A stretch of 64,000 nt of DNA, from the NCBI GenBank assembly GCA_963667665.2, contig OY763927.2:96001-160000 (forward strand), in the 5' to 3' direction. This DNA is from Nitrosopumilus sp. (GTDB taxonomy: Archaea; Thermoproteota; Nitrososphaeria; Nitrososphaerales; Nitrosopumilaceae). Below the pieces are notes generated by a model that saw nothing but the letters and a program-made list of their open reading frames with translations, did not search any database and was not told the DNA's origin. Within the stretch, counting starts at the first letter, position 1. Each line of letters starts with the position of its first letter. The translations under genes were made by a program, and so were the position numbers. Below, piece after piece: positions 50,502 through 60,360 of this stretch.

Positions 50502-50705
50502 TTATGGTCCCTGAAAATTACATGAAGAACAAATATAGTTTCTTGCTGCTTCTCTGCAACTTTGACATCTCCATATTAGATCAACGCCGCAATCAGGGCA
50601 ATTGAATTTTACACATTTATCATTAGGCATAATATATCTGTGACAGCAACTACATGTTGGTAGTGAAATAGTAGATGACATACCCCGATTTTCTGTAAAC
50701 ATCAT
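50502..50705 (-). CDS. Zn-ribbon RNA-binding protein (DUF1610/HVO_2753-like)
   Basis: [30 protein letters not shown]; typical neighbour of ef1b. Confidence 0.9.
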   Translation of the reverse strand: MMFTENRGMSSTISLPTCSCCHRYIMPNDKCVKFNCPDCGVDLIWRCQSCREAARNYICSSCNFQGP

Positions 50706-50734
50706 TTATACCTTGCTTAGAATTTGAGCACATT

Positions 50735-51871
50735 TTAGCTAAGTAATTTTTTTAATTCACCACCGATTAGGGTTTGTGCAGTTTTAATCGATCCTTTCAT
50801 TCCTAGTAATTTTATAATTGAGCTAGTATGAAAATCAAAATCATCTTTTTCTGAAATCTCTTTTATGATCTCTGGTGTAATTGATTCAAATAATTTATTG
50901 ATTGTATTGTTATCTATTCCCTCTAAAATTTTTCTTGCAAATACTTGTTTTTCAAATTCTTTTCCAAATCTTTGTGTCCATTTTTTTTGATATTCTTCAA
51001 GATCTGTTTTGTTATTTGTTTTCAAAAACTTGGATATTGCTTGTCCTGCATAAACTCCTCCCATTCCACTAGTAAAAATTCCACCTGCAGTTGTTGGTTT
51101 TGCTTGTCCTGCAGCATCACCAATAATTACTGTTTTTCCTTCAACAAACTTTGCAATAGGTCCTTTTACCCATATTGGAGCAAAAATTTTTCTAATTGTT
51201 GAATAATTTCCTTTTTCTTCAAGAATTTTTTCTAATGTTTCAGAGATATTGATTCCTCTTCCTGCAATTCCTACTTTGCCTTTACCTTCATTAGATGGAA
51301 TTATCCATGCAAAGAATCCAGGATATTTTTCTTGGTCAAAAATCACTTCTACTTTACCCTTCTTAATCCAATCTGCATAAATTTCGTATTGTGCTGATAA
51401 TAAAATTCCCGTTCTATCTTTGTGTATAAGTGATGAGACTCCTCTTGCATCAACAAAGATCTTACAATCAATTATCTCTTCATTTGTTCTAACTCCTGTG
51501 TCGGTAATTTCTTGAAAACTTGTTTTGACTTTGATTACTGCCCCATTTTTCTGAGCTTGAAACGCTATCTGTTTATCTAATTCTCTTCTACTAATTTCAA
51601 CTACTTTTTGTTTCTTTGAATTAATTGTAAAACTATTTCCATTAGGTGCTGTGATTTTAGCAGATTCTATCATATGATCAAAAGTTTTTCTAAATAGGAT
51701 TACTCCTAGTTCTTCCAAGCCTGCAATGCTGACTAATCCACCACAATGTTCAGGAGTTCCTATCTCATAGTCTTCTTCAATTACAAGTACTGAAAATCCC
51801 TCTGAAGCAATTTCTCTTGCACATAATAATCCTGCAACACTTCCTCCAGCAACTACAGCATCAAAGTTCAC
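50735..51871 (-). CDS. Geranylgeranyl reductase-family flavoprotein
   Basis: VAGGSVAG, PEHCGG, FAWIIP, GDAAG..KPTTAGGI. Confidence 0.88.
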   Translation of the reverse strand: MNFDAVVAGGSVAGLLCAREIASEGFSVLVIEEDYEIGTPEHCGGLVSIAGLEELGVILFRKTFDHMIESAKITAPNGNSFTINSKKQKVVEISRRELDKQIAFQAQKNGAVIKVKTSFQEITDTGVRTNEEIIDCKIFVDARGVSSLIHKDRTGILLSAQYEIYADWIKKGKVEVIFDQEKYPGFFAWIIPSNEGKGKVGIAGRGINISETLEKILEEKGNYSTIRKIFAPIWVKGPIAKFVEGKTVIIGDAAGQAKPTTAGGIFTSGMGGVYAGQAISKFLKTNNKTDLEEYQKKWTQRFGKEFEKQVFARKILEGIDNNTINKLFESITPEIIKEISEKDDFDFHTSSIIKLLGMKGSIKTAQTLIGGELKKLLS

Positions 51872-51937
51872 AGATTTTGTTTCTTTGTCAATTATTTAAC
51901 TCAAAAGTTTTACATCAAGCCTGTATTTGATTACAAT

Positions 51938-52291
51938 ATGGGAGATATCAAACAAGTAATTATTGTTAGAACTGATCTAGATATGGGCAAAGGAAAGATA
52001 GCAGCACAAGTAGGTCATGCTTGCGTTCTTGGAGCAGAACATGTGAGAAAATCTCATCCTGAATGGTATGGTGAATGGCTGGAAGGGCAAGAAAAGGTTG
52101 TACTGAAAGTTTCTGGCATTAAAGATTTACAAGAAATAAAAAGACATGCAATTGATTTGAATCTTCCATGGTCTGAAGTCACAGATGCAGGACATACCCA
52201 GATAGCCCCTGGAACAACAACATGTATTTCAATTGGCCCAGCTCCTGAAAATCTAATTGATAAAATAACTGGTGATTTGAAATTACTATAA
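51938..52291 (+). CDS. pth2: Peptidyl-tRNA hydrolase Pth2
   Basis: MGKGKIAAQVGHA, KVVLK, DAGHTQ, IGPAP. Confidence 0.96.
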   Translation: MGDIKQVIIVRTDLDMGKGKIAAQVGHACVLGAEHVRKSHPEWYGEWLEGQEKVVLKVSGIKDLQEIKRHAIDLNLPWSEVTDAGHTQIAPGTTTCISIGPAPENLIDKITGDLKLL

Positions 52292-52343
52292 CTTGGAAAC
52301 TTTTTTGGAATAAGATATAACAAGGCTAGATATTTTTTGAGAT

Positions 52344-53942
52344 ATGAAGAAAAAAGGACTCATAGTGGTTTTCTTTTTCGGTGGAATCATGATTACTTCA
52401 GGTTTTGGACTGCAAAGCATGATGTCCTCACCTCCTTCAGATAATCCGGATTTTACAATCACTGGAACACCTGCTGATAATTTTCCTGATGAACAACGTG
52501 CTCAGTTTTGTGGTTCTGGTAATGCAAAGTCTACTGATTATGTTAGAGAATTCTCAATTCCAACACCCTGCACAAATCCCTTGGCAGTAGTTACAGATTA
52601 TGATGGAAATGTTTGGTTCACTCAAACAAATACAGGTAAACTTGCAAAATTTGATCCTATCTCTGAAAGATTTACAGAGTATGATAATCCTTTATGGCCA
52701 CCAGGAGGACGTTCTATGATGTGGGGAATTGATTATGCACCAGATGGTTCTGTGTGGTTTACTGATGAAGCATATGATTCAGTATGGAAATTTTCAACCA
52801 TTGTTGAACAATATGAAAGATTAGAATATCCTGCTGAAGGAAACTCTTTACCACAAAAACTCCAAATTGAAGGTTCTCAAATTATAATTAATGATTTTAC
52901 TGGAAACAAACTTACATTTTTGGATCCATCTCAATCTAGTGATGATGTGAGTTATCTTAGTATTCCATCTCCTGTTGATGATTCTGTAACTGCAGATTTT
53001 GCTATTGATGCCAATGATAATGTCTGGTTTACAAATTGGGTATTCCAACAAGGTGGAGTTTTAGTTAAATTTAATCAAAATGGATATTTTGATACTGTTG
53101 TAAGTAATAACGAACAATTTCTTCCTTTACTTGATTTTATTGAAGTCTATGCATTACCTCCAGAATTACTCACACCAAACGGAGCTGTGGTAAATACTGA
53201 TGGCACTATTTGGTTAGCAGATACTACATCCTCATTCTTCTTTAATTTTGATCCTTCCACTGAACAATTCACTCATTATGTTACATCTGATCCACAGCTC
53301 AGTACCTATGGTAACCAAACAGGAATTGTCAAATCACCAATTTCTAGACCATATTGGATTGATGCTGATGATCAAGGACGTCTTGTTTTTAATGAACAAA
53401 CTTCAAACAACATCGCTGTAATGGATCCAAAATTACAGTCTCTTGTAGAATATCATGTCCCATCAAAGAATCCTAATTGGGCTGACTGTGATCCTGGAAC
53501 AGGTATGATAGATAATTGTGGCTTAGCTCAAATCTTTGATTTTACAATAGATGGTGAAAAAATCTGGTTTACAGAATGGGTTGAAAATAACATTGGAGTA
53601 GTTGATACATCTGTTCCATTGCCAATGAAAATTCAACTAGACTCTGATGCCTTGATTCTTGCATCTGGAGAAACACAGAATTTCAACTTTATTGTCTCAC
53701 CTAACTCCCAACAAGATATGTTGAATATTTCATTAGTTATGTCTACGACTCATGAGTTTTTGGATGTCAATCTTGTTGATAATTCTCCTAGTACATTCCA
53801 ATTAGATTTTGATGCTCCTAGACCAATTCATACAACTATCTCTGCATCTGAAGATGCTATATCTGGAACATACAAAATTTTACTTGGAGCACAATCTCCT
53901 GATGTTACAATTAGCAAATATGTTACAGTGACAATAGAGTGA
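52344..53942 (+). CDS. Secreted Vgb-like (virginiamycin B lyase-type) beta-propeller protein
   Basis: Repeated DGNVWFT/DGSVWFT/DNVWFT/KIWFTE blades; N-terminal signal. Confidence 0.82.
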   Translation: MKKKGLIVVFFFGGIMITSGFGLQSMMSSPPSDNPDFTITGTPADNFPDEQRAQFCGSGNAKSTDYVREFSIPTPCTNPLAVVTDYDGNVWFTQTNTGKLAKFDPISERFTEYDNPLWPPGGRSMMWGIDYAPDGSVWFTDEAYDSVWKFSTIVEQYERLEYPAEGNSLPQKLQIEGSQIIINDFTGNKLTFLDPSQSSDDVSYLSIPSPVDDSVTADFAIDANDNVWFTNWVFQQGGVLVKFNQNGYFDTVVSNNEQFLPLLDFIEVYALPPELLTPNGAVVNTDGTIWLADTTSSFFFNFDPSTEQFTHYVTSDPQLSTYGNQTGIVKSPISRPYWIDADDQGRLVFNEQTSNNIAVMDPKLQSLVEYHVPSKNPNWADCDPGTGMIDNCGLAQIFDFTIDGEKIWFTEWVENNIGVVDTSVPLPMKIQLDSDALILASGETQNFNFIVSPNSQQDMLNISLVMSTTHEFLDVNLVDNSPSTFQLDFDAPRPIHTTISASEDAISGTYKILLGAQSPDVTISKYVTVTIE

Positions 53943-55135
53943 TACCAAATTTAGATTCTCAGATTGGTATTACAATTTACAGTACAGACTTTACTGGAAT
54001 TGGTGGAAAAATTAGGGTTGAACCTGAAGATTTTCAAGTAACTGAAATAATTTCTCAAAGAGCACAAAAAGCCATAAATGATTCAGAAGGCTATGCAGTA
54101 TACAAACTAAAAAAGAAAAAAATTGATACTAATCATGCTTTATCTGATGTTTTTAGAAAAAAAGGAATTCGCTTAAAGTCACTTGGACTAAAAGATGCAT
54201 CTGCAATAACAGAACAATTTGTTTGCTCTGGAAATAAAGGAAAAGCAATTGAAAATTTTTCAACTGACAAATACTCTCTTGAAAAAATAGGTTTTGTAAA
54301 AAAACCATTATCCAAAAAAGACATGATATCAAATCATTTTAAAATTAAAATCTCAGAGTGCTCTGACTGGCTGTCTTCTTTTTCTGAACATGATAAAATT
54401 CTGAATTTTTATGGTTATCAGCGCTTTGGCTCAAAAAGACCTGTAACTCATCTTATTGGAAAGGCAATTTTGCAGAGAGACTTTAAAAAAGCAGTTGAAC
54501 TGATTTTGTCTTTTACATCTCCTTTTGACTCGAAAGAAAATACTGAGATTCGTGAAAAACTCTCTGATGATAAAAACTATGAAAAATACCTTGATCAGGT
54601 TCCATATCAAATGGATATTGAAAGAGTTGTTCTAAAAGAAATGATAGAACATGGTGATGCACTTCGTGCAATTCGCTCTATTCAGATATCTTTGCGAAGA
54701 TTCTACATTTCGGCCTATCAGTCTTTTCTCTTTAATCAGTCTCTAAGTTTAGCTTTTTCTAATGGTGAGGATCTATTTGATTCACAATCAGGTGATGTTT
54801 GTTTTGATCTTCATGGAATAATTGGAAAATATGTGAAAGGACTAGATCAGCATCTTGCATTACCCTTTGTTGGTTACTCTTATTACAAAAAAACTAGATT
54901 TGATTATCAAATCTCCAAAATATTAAAACAGGAAGAGATTACCCCAAAAGACTTTTTCATAAAAGAGATGCAGGAAGTAAGTAGTGAGGGTGGTTTTAGA
55001 CAAGCTGCGATTCATTGTTCAGATTTTTCATCACATGATAGAATAGTAGAGGTTTCGTTATCTAGAGGTTCATTTGCAACGATCTTGTTAAGAGAAATAA
55101 TGAAACCAACAGATCCAATTATTGCTGGTTTTTGA
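53939..55135 (+). CDS. truD: tRNA pseudouridine(13) synthase TruD
   Basis: EDFQVTE, GLKDASAITEQ, NFYGYQRFG, AYQSFLFN, GSFATILLREI. Confidence 0.95.
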   Translation: MIPNLDSQIGITIYSTDFTGIGGKIRVEPEDFQVTEIISQRAQKAINDSEGYAVYKLKKKKIDTNHALSDVFRKKGIRLKSLGLKDASAITEQFVCSGNKGKAIENFSTDKYSLEKIGFVKKPLSKKDMISNHFKIKISECSDWLSSFSEHDKILNFYGYQRFGSKRPVTHLIGKAILQRDFKKAVELILSFTSPFDSKENTEIREKLSDDKNYEKYLDQVPYQMDIERVVLKEMIEHGDALRAIRSIQISLRRFYISAYQSFLFNQSLSLAFSNGEDLFDSQSGDVCFDLHGIIGKYVKGLDQHLALPFVGYSYYKKTRFDYQISKILKQEEITPKDFFIKEMQEVSSEGGFRQAAIHCSDFSSHDRIVEVSLSRGSFATILLREIMKPTDPIIAGF

Positions 55136-55177
55136 GATCAATTTTCATATGATAATATTTTAGATGTCTTTAAGTTA

Positions 55178-55435
55178 GTGTATTTTTTAGAAAATGTGAT
55201 TCAGATGGATATAGCTTACATGCTAATTAGTTGTAAAATTGGAGAAGAACAAGCGCTTTATTCCCAACTAAAAGAGATTCCTGAAGTCAAAAGTTGTTTG
55301 ATTACTTATGGTAGTTATGATATTGTTGTAGAATTTGTCACAGAGACATCTTCACAAATGAATGAAATAATTATATCTAAAATTAGGAAACTACAAAAAA
55401 TTAAGAGCACTATCACTCTTCGTGTGACAAACTAA
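55178..55435 (+). CDS. Stand-alone Lrp/AsnC ligand-binding (RAM) domain protein
   Basis: AYMLI, TYGSYDIVV, IRKL..I.ST.TL. Confidence 0.88.
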   Translation: MYFLENVIQMDIAYMLISCKIGEEQALYSQLKEIPEVKSCLITYGSYDIVVEFVTETSSQMNEIIISKIRKLQKIKSTITLRVTN

Positions 55436-55641
55436 TTTCTTTTAATTATTTTAATCCCTACTCCTACTCCAATAATTGTGATTCCTACTATTGAAATTTG
55501 AATGCCATGTGTAATCCAATCCGGATTCGAATACATGAAAGAGGATTCTGGTCCTATTACTGAGTGTCCTTGAAGATGAAAAATAAGACCAAAAATAAAG
55601 ACAATGGTGCCTATTAGGACTAGTGGCTTTACTTCCTTCAT
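55432..55641 (-). CDS. Small 2-TM membrane protein
   Basis: Two hydrophobic helices flanking QG...GP.SSFMY..W. Confidence 0.75.
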   Translation of the reverse strand: MKEVKPLVLIGTIVFIFGLIFHLQGHSVIGPESSFMYSNPDWITHGIQISIVGITIIGVGVGIKIIKRN

Positions 55642-55744
55642 GAAGAATCTATTTGATTTCTGTTAAAAAGGGTAAACAGAATTGATAATTTGACCAAATG
55701 ATTTTTCGATTTAGCCTTTAATGATTTCTTGAAGACTTGATAAA

Positions 55745-56431
55745 ATGTACAATTGGGATCGTCTCACAGAGTCCACTGATCACAAATATCTAGGTTTGAT
55801 ATTGTTTGGTGCTGCAGCCTCTCTTGCAGTTATTTTATTTCTAATTTTTCACCCTCAAATTGAGTCTATCAACAAAGAATCCCCAATTTTGATCAATATT
55901 ATGTTCATTCCCGCTATGGCTGTAGGATTTCTTTATGGAGTGAAAATTACAGAACGAGCAGTTAGCCCTTCAAAAATCCGTAGCGCATTTAAAAGATCAA
56001 CCATGAAACTCTTCTTGTTCTTTTTTGTTATTGGTGGCATGTTTAGCTCTGTGAACTTTGCCATAAATGGTGGTAGTGTAATGCCAAACATGTCAATTTT
56101 GGAAGATGGGCTTTTAGTTTGGTTAAATAATTTTGTTATAGAAAATGGTGGTGCTACTTTTCTAATTATTACTAGTATTACATTGATGGCAGCAGCTACT
56201 CGAAAAATTGTTGGAATGAATTTTGGATTTTTAAATAGAATGGTAACATTTGTTGGGACATTTGTATTCTTTACAATGCTTGTTCTAAGTTTTACAAAAT
56301 CTGACCCTACATCATCCAGTGTTTTCTTGTATACATTTTATCAAGCAGGAATTGTTGGTGGGGCATTTTATGCAATGAATAGACTAACAAAAAATAAAAA
56401 TATGCTAGAAGACTTTACAAATGGATACTAA
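55745..56431 (+). CDS. Hypothetical multi-TM membrane protein
   Basis: About 6 hydrophobic segments. Confidence 0.75.
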   Translation: MYNWDRLTESTDHKYLGLILFGAAASLAVILFLIFHPQIESINKESPILINIMFIPAMAVGFLYGVKITERAVSPSKIRSAFKRSTMKLFLFFFVIGGMFSSVNFAINGGSVMPNMSILEDGLLVWLNNFVIENGGATFLIITSITLMAAATRKIVGMNFGFLNRMVTFVGTFVFFTMLVLSFTKSDPTSSSVFLYTFYQAGIVGGAFYAMNRLTKNKNMLEDFTNGY

Positions 56432-56433
56432 TT

Positions 56434-56682
56434 TTACTCATCTAGGTCTACATAAATTCCTGAGATTTCAGTGTTGAGTCTGTCCCAGTATATTTCACAA
56501 CCATCCGTTTTGAAATCGTTTTCCTTACACTCGTTGAAATGAGCTGTAGCGTCTCTTTGCATGTTATCTGCAAAGAGTACATCCTCCCCGATTCCTAATC
56601 CTATAAGACCAATTGCTGCAAGACTTGCAGCAACTACAATCATACCAAATCCTGCTTGTGCATGATTACCATATTTTGCCAT
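56434..56682 (-). CDS. Small single-TM protein with Cys pair
   Basis: ATG, upstream TATA-like ATTAAA, convergent abutting stop. Confidence 0.7.
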   Translation of the reverse strand: MAKYGNHAQAGFGMIVVAASLAAIGLIGLGIGEDVLFADNMQRDATAHFNECKENDFKTDGCEIYWDRLNTEISGIYVDLDE

Positions 56683-56788
56683 TTACGAAAAATCCATGAC
56701 TCTCGAATTTAATCTTTTCAAGTTTGATTTTTGCGATCAAATTTGTGATACTAGAGTAGTTTTCTGAGAAAAAAAGAATAGAGAGTAC

Positions 56789-57304
56789 TTGAAAATACCT
56801 TCATTGAGCATTCAAATTCTGCAATATGAGTTTCTTGGACCAATTCTACTTGATGAATGGGGCCCTCCGATGGAAAAATTGGTATTTTTGATCTTGTCTA
56901 GAGTCAAAGATAATTTCAACATAGTCTATGTTGGTGATTGTGAAAAGACTGATGACAAGTCTTTTTTTGTTCAGCATTCAGAATTCAAATGTTGGATCAA
57001 ACAATCAGGATCTGAAAAATCCTTATATCTTGCAATATTACCTTTGTTTGAATCAAATGATAATTATAGAAAAAATGTTCTCAATAAGATCATAACTCAC
57101 TACAAACCTCCTTGCAATTCTAATGATATTACTAAAGCAGCACCTGATTATGTGGTTAGAAAAACAGAACAACCAAGTTTAGAACCTAAAAAATTTTCTT
57201 GTGCTTGTTGTGGTTCTGAAATGAAATCTGAAAAAATTCTTGAAAAATCTACTCTCTATCGCTGTACTGGTTGTGGAATAAGTGATACCAAGCTTAACTG
57301 TTGA
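56789..57304 (+). CDS. Hypothetical protein, GIY-YIG-like N-domain plus C-terminal Zn ribbon
   Basis: LVFLIL...IVYVGD...YKPPCN; CACCG...CTGCG. Confidence 0.6.
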   Translation: MKIPSLSIQILQYEFLGPILLDEWGPPMEKLVFLILSRVKDNFNIVYVGDCEKTDDKSFFVQHSEFKCWIKQSGSEKSLYLAILPLFESNDNYRKNVLNKIITHYKPPCNSNDITKAAPDYVVRKTEQPSLEPKKFSCACCGSEMKSEKILEKSTLYRCTGCGISDTKLNC

Positions 57305-57527
57305 CTTTGTTTTGTATATCAAACAATTGTAACATTAACAAGTCCATTCCTTTTTTCAGATGTTGAAATTCATTAATTGAGTGCATTTGACCCTCCACTA
57401 GTGCCCTCATGATTTTAATTGAATTTTTTTGAAAATCATCTGATGCAACAATTTCCATCGCATTAAGTTTTGATAGAATATTATCTAGATCTTTAATCAT
57501 TTCATCTGATGGCTTGTGTTTGTCCAT
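57294..57527 (-). CDS. Hypothetical helical protein
   Basis: ORF track; ATG start with TATA-like element about 25 nt upstream. Confidence 0.7.
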   Translation of the reverse strand: MDKHKPSDEMIKDLDNILSKLNAMEIVASDDFQKNSIKIMRALVEGQMHSINEFQHLKKGMDLLMLQLFDIQNKVNS

Positions 57528-57560
57528 TACTAATCTGAAAAGATTTTGATATATGAATCG

Positions 57561-57713
57561 TTACAACAGATCTTCATCAATCTTTTGGATTGGATCTAAA
57601 TACTGTTGGCATGTACAGGTTGGGATTTGACATTTACCTACTTTGATGATTGAATCACTGTTATCATTTGGGATATGTACTTCATCTGTATGGTGGCACC
57701 TCTTACAATTCAT
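57561..57713 (-). CDS. Cys/His-rich 50-aa zinc-finger-like mini-protein (missing from ORF track)
   Basis: MNCKRCHHTDEVHIPNDNSDSIIKVGKCQIPTCTCQQYLDPIQKIDEDLL; TTAAATA TATA about 25 nt upstream. Confidence 0.78.
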   Translation of the reverse strand: MNCKRCHHTDEVHIPNDNSDSIIKVGKCQIPTCTCQQYLDPIQKIDEDLL

Positions 57714-57750
57714 AGTAAAAAATCTGTAACTCCAATATTTAAGCCAAAAG

Positions 57751-58800
57751 TTAAGGAATTAAAACTGCTCTGGCCTCAATTTCTGAATCTTTTAGTTTTT
57801 TGAGTACTTCATTTGCACTCTCTAATGGAAATATTTGAGAAATTACTTCGATATTTTTTTCATCACAAATTTTGATTACTTGTTCCATATCTTTTGTTGT
57901 ACCTATCAGAGTTCCTCTGATTGTTTTTTCTTCAAATGCCATAAATGCTGGATTTTCTCCAACTGTTGCAATCACAATCAATCCTCCTTTCTTTACTGAC
58001 TTTATCGCAGTATCAGTAACAATGTCTGCTGGTGCAAAAACTATGGCAGCATCAAGCATTCCATGTTTTTCTTTTAATTTATCAAGGAATTCTTGTTGGT
58101 TTTCAGAAAAAGTCATTGCATCTATTACACCTAATCTTTTTGCAACATCTAGATGATTTTGAGTTCTAGAAAATGCAATTACATCACAATTTTCTACTTT
58201 TGCAAATTGTACTGCCATGTGGCCAACTCCACCAATTCCAAAAATTCCAATTTTTTTATTTAGTTTTGGTTCTGCAGCTTTGACTGCTTTGTATGCTGTG
58301 ATTCCAGCACAAAATAATGGTGCTGCATATTCTGGTTTCATGCTTTCTGGAACTTTTGTTGCAAAATCTTCTGTTACTGTAATGTATTCTGTATATCCAC
58401 CCTTGAATGATTCTCCTGTAATTGTTGATGATTCGCAAAGATTTTCTTTTCCTTCTTTGCAATATTGACACTCTCTACATGATTCTAGCAGTGGAGTAAT
58501 TCCTGCCCTGTCTCCAACTTTGAATTTGGAAACGTTCTCTCCAATTTCAACTACTTTCCCAACTAGTTCGTGACCTGGAACTGTTGGAAGAGTTGGTGGA
58601 ATTCCAATATCTTTCCAATCTCCTTCAATTCCGTGAAGTTGTGAGTGGCAAACTCCACAAGCTTCAATTTTTAGTAAAATCTCATTTGATCTTTGAATTT
58701 CGTGTCTATCTATCTCTGTGAGTTTCAATGGGTTGGTCTCTATTTTAGCACATTCAGAAAGTACCATTGCACGCATTTTTACCATAATATTCAAAATCAA
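57751..58800 (-). CDS. Zn-dependent alcohol dehydrogenase (MDR family)
   Basis: GVCHS, PGHE, CRECQYC...C, GIGGVG. Confidence 0.92.
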   Translation of the reverse strand: MILNIMVKMRAMVLSECAKIETNPLKLTEIDRHEIQRSNEILLKIEACGVCHSQLHGIEGDWKDIGIPPTLPTVPGHELVGKVVEIGENVSKFKVGDRAGITPLLESCRECQYCKEGKENLCESSTITGESFKGGYTEYITVTEDFATKVPESMKPEYAAPLFCAGITAYKAVKAAEPKLNKKIGIFGIGGVGHMAVQFAKVENCDVIAFSRTQNHLDVAKRLGVIDAMTFSENQQEFLDKLKEKHGMLDAAIVFAPADIVTDTAIKSVKKGGLIVIATVGENPAFMAFEEKTIRGTLIGTTKDMEQVIKICDEKNIEVISQIFPLESANEVLKKLKDSEIEARAVLIP

Positions 58801-58863
58801 GCAGGAAATTTTAAGATTCGCTAATTCAATTTTTATCTAATCTAATAATTTTCAAAAATTTTA

Positions 58864-59991
58864 TTAATATTTGATAAAGTTTTTTGCATCTAAATTAAGA
58901 TCTGAGAATAATCCTTCTTTTACAACCATGACATTATCAAGCATGTATTGCTCTTCAACCCCATGTTGATCTTTCACTTTAACTAAAATATCTACTTGAT
59001 TCATTTTAATTTGTGGCTGTAACTTTATCTTCATAGTTGAAAACATACCCTCACCAGAATAATAGGAATGACCATTAATTACTTGTATTTTTGAAAAGTA
59101 ATTGTTTTTGTCATATGTTCCCTTCATGCCAAATTCATTATGAATTTTGACTTGTGCATTAGTAGATTTTACATTTTTACCCTCAGGAAAAATATACAAT
59201 GATATATCTGGTATTTTCTGATTTATCACAGGAAGTTCAATATCAATATACACATAATCACCTATGAAATATGTTTTTGTAGTGTGCTCTTCTCCCAAGG
59301 TAAACTGCAAGTCAATATTAGAATCATCAAATCCATTTGGGTAAGATAGAAGAATTTCTTTAATATCTGTGATTAAAATTTTACTTGAATCAAAATCTTT
59401 TCCCATTAAACATTGACAAGACTCTATGTCTGGTGCACCTAACACATGACCAATTTCATGCTTTATTGTTTTGCTTAATTTTTTATTTGATAATTGAGTA
59501 TGTTTTGAATTTAATACTATATCTTCCAATTCTTCTAGTGACATAATAGGCTGATTTTTTGTTAGTGTTCTCTGATAGTTATCCGTAAAAATTGTAATAG
59601 TTGATGAGGCTGCATTGACATATCCTGCCATTCCAATTAGGAATTGTTTTGAAATAGTTGGTGTTTTTTCATACTTTATAATTACATCACACATTTCTTC
59701 TGATGCAGGGTTTACGTACATTGACATATCCCAAACATCATTTCCTGTCAATCTAACCAAGGAATCATGCCATTCTCTTACTGCTTGTCCTGCAATTCTG
59801 TTTATATTAGAATCATTACTAAATGTGCAAAAATCTAATTGTGATTCAGCAAATATGTTTTCTCGTACACCACTAAATGTATTGAATGCAATGTTGATTG
59901 GGTCTGTTAATTCAGCTGATGCTTCGCTAATTCCAACTATTAACAGAACTGAAAGTATCCCTAGTAGTAATTTCACATATTTTTTTCTCAA
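58864..59991 (-). CDS. Secreted metzincin-like metalloprotease
   Basis: Signal peptide; HEIGHVLGAPD plus CLM Met-turn. Confidence 0.65.
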   Translation of the reverse strand: MRKKYVKLLLGILSVLLIVGISEASAELTDPINIAFNTFSGVRENIFAESQLDFCTFSNDSNINRIAGQAVREWHDSLVRLTGNDVWDMSMYVNPASEEMCDVIIKYEKTPTISKQFLIGMAGYVNAASSTITIFTDNYQRTLTKNQPIMSLEELEDIVLNSKHTQLSNKKLSKTIKHEIGHVLGAPDIESCQCLMGKDFDSSKILITDIKEILLSYPNGFDDSNIDLQFTLGEEHTTKTYFIGDYVYIDIELPVINQKIPDISLYIFPEGKNVKSTNAQVKIHNEFGMKGTYDKNNYFSKIQVINGHSYYSGEGMFSTMKIKLQPQIKMNQVDILVKVKDQHGVEEQYMLDNVMVVKEGLFSDLNLDAKNFIKY

Positions 59992-60086
59992 TTTTCAGTA
60001 TTATCTAGGCGTGAGTATCAAAATATTACACATTGATTCTCAGGTATGAATTAGAAAAATAAAGGCCTAATTCTGTATAATATCAT

Positions 60087-60317
60087 ATGCCTGAAGTTAC
60101 AAAGGACGATCGTGAAAGAGTGAAATTATTACGGCTTATTACAAGCTCCAAAAATGAATTCAAGAAACTTACCTTAGATCAATTAAAGCGATTGCAAGAA
60201 CTAGTTGAAAAAAAAGACTATAGTCATGACAAGAAAGCCCATAAATCAAAAGTGAAATTACTTAAAAAAATTAATGTTAGGATTTACGAAATTACTGAAG
60301 GAAGAGGAATCTGGTAA
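60087..60317 (+). CDS. Small basic hypothetical protein
   Basis: ORF track; Lys-rich, ends GRGIW. Confidence 0.7.
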   Translation: MPEVTKDDRERVKLLRLITSSKNEFKKLTLDQLKRLQELVEKKDYSHDKKAHKSKVKLLKKINVRIYEITEGRGIW

Positions 60318-60360
60318 TAATCTCAATTAGGTACAAATATTCTAACGATTATGATTAACT

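Noticed and set aside
52344-53942. Vgb-like gene as antibiotic resistance
   Set aside because: Similarity is only the beta-propeller repeat; protein is secreted and larger, and sits among core genes
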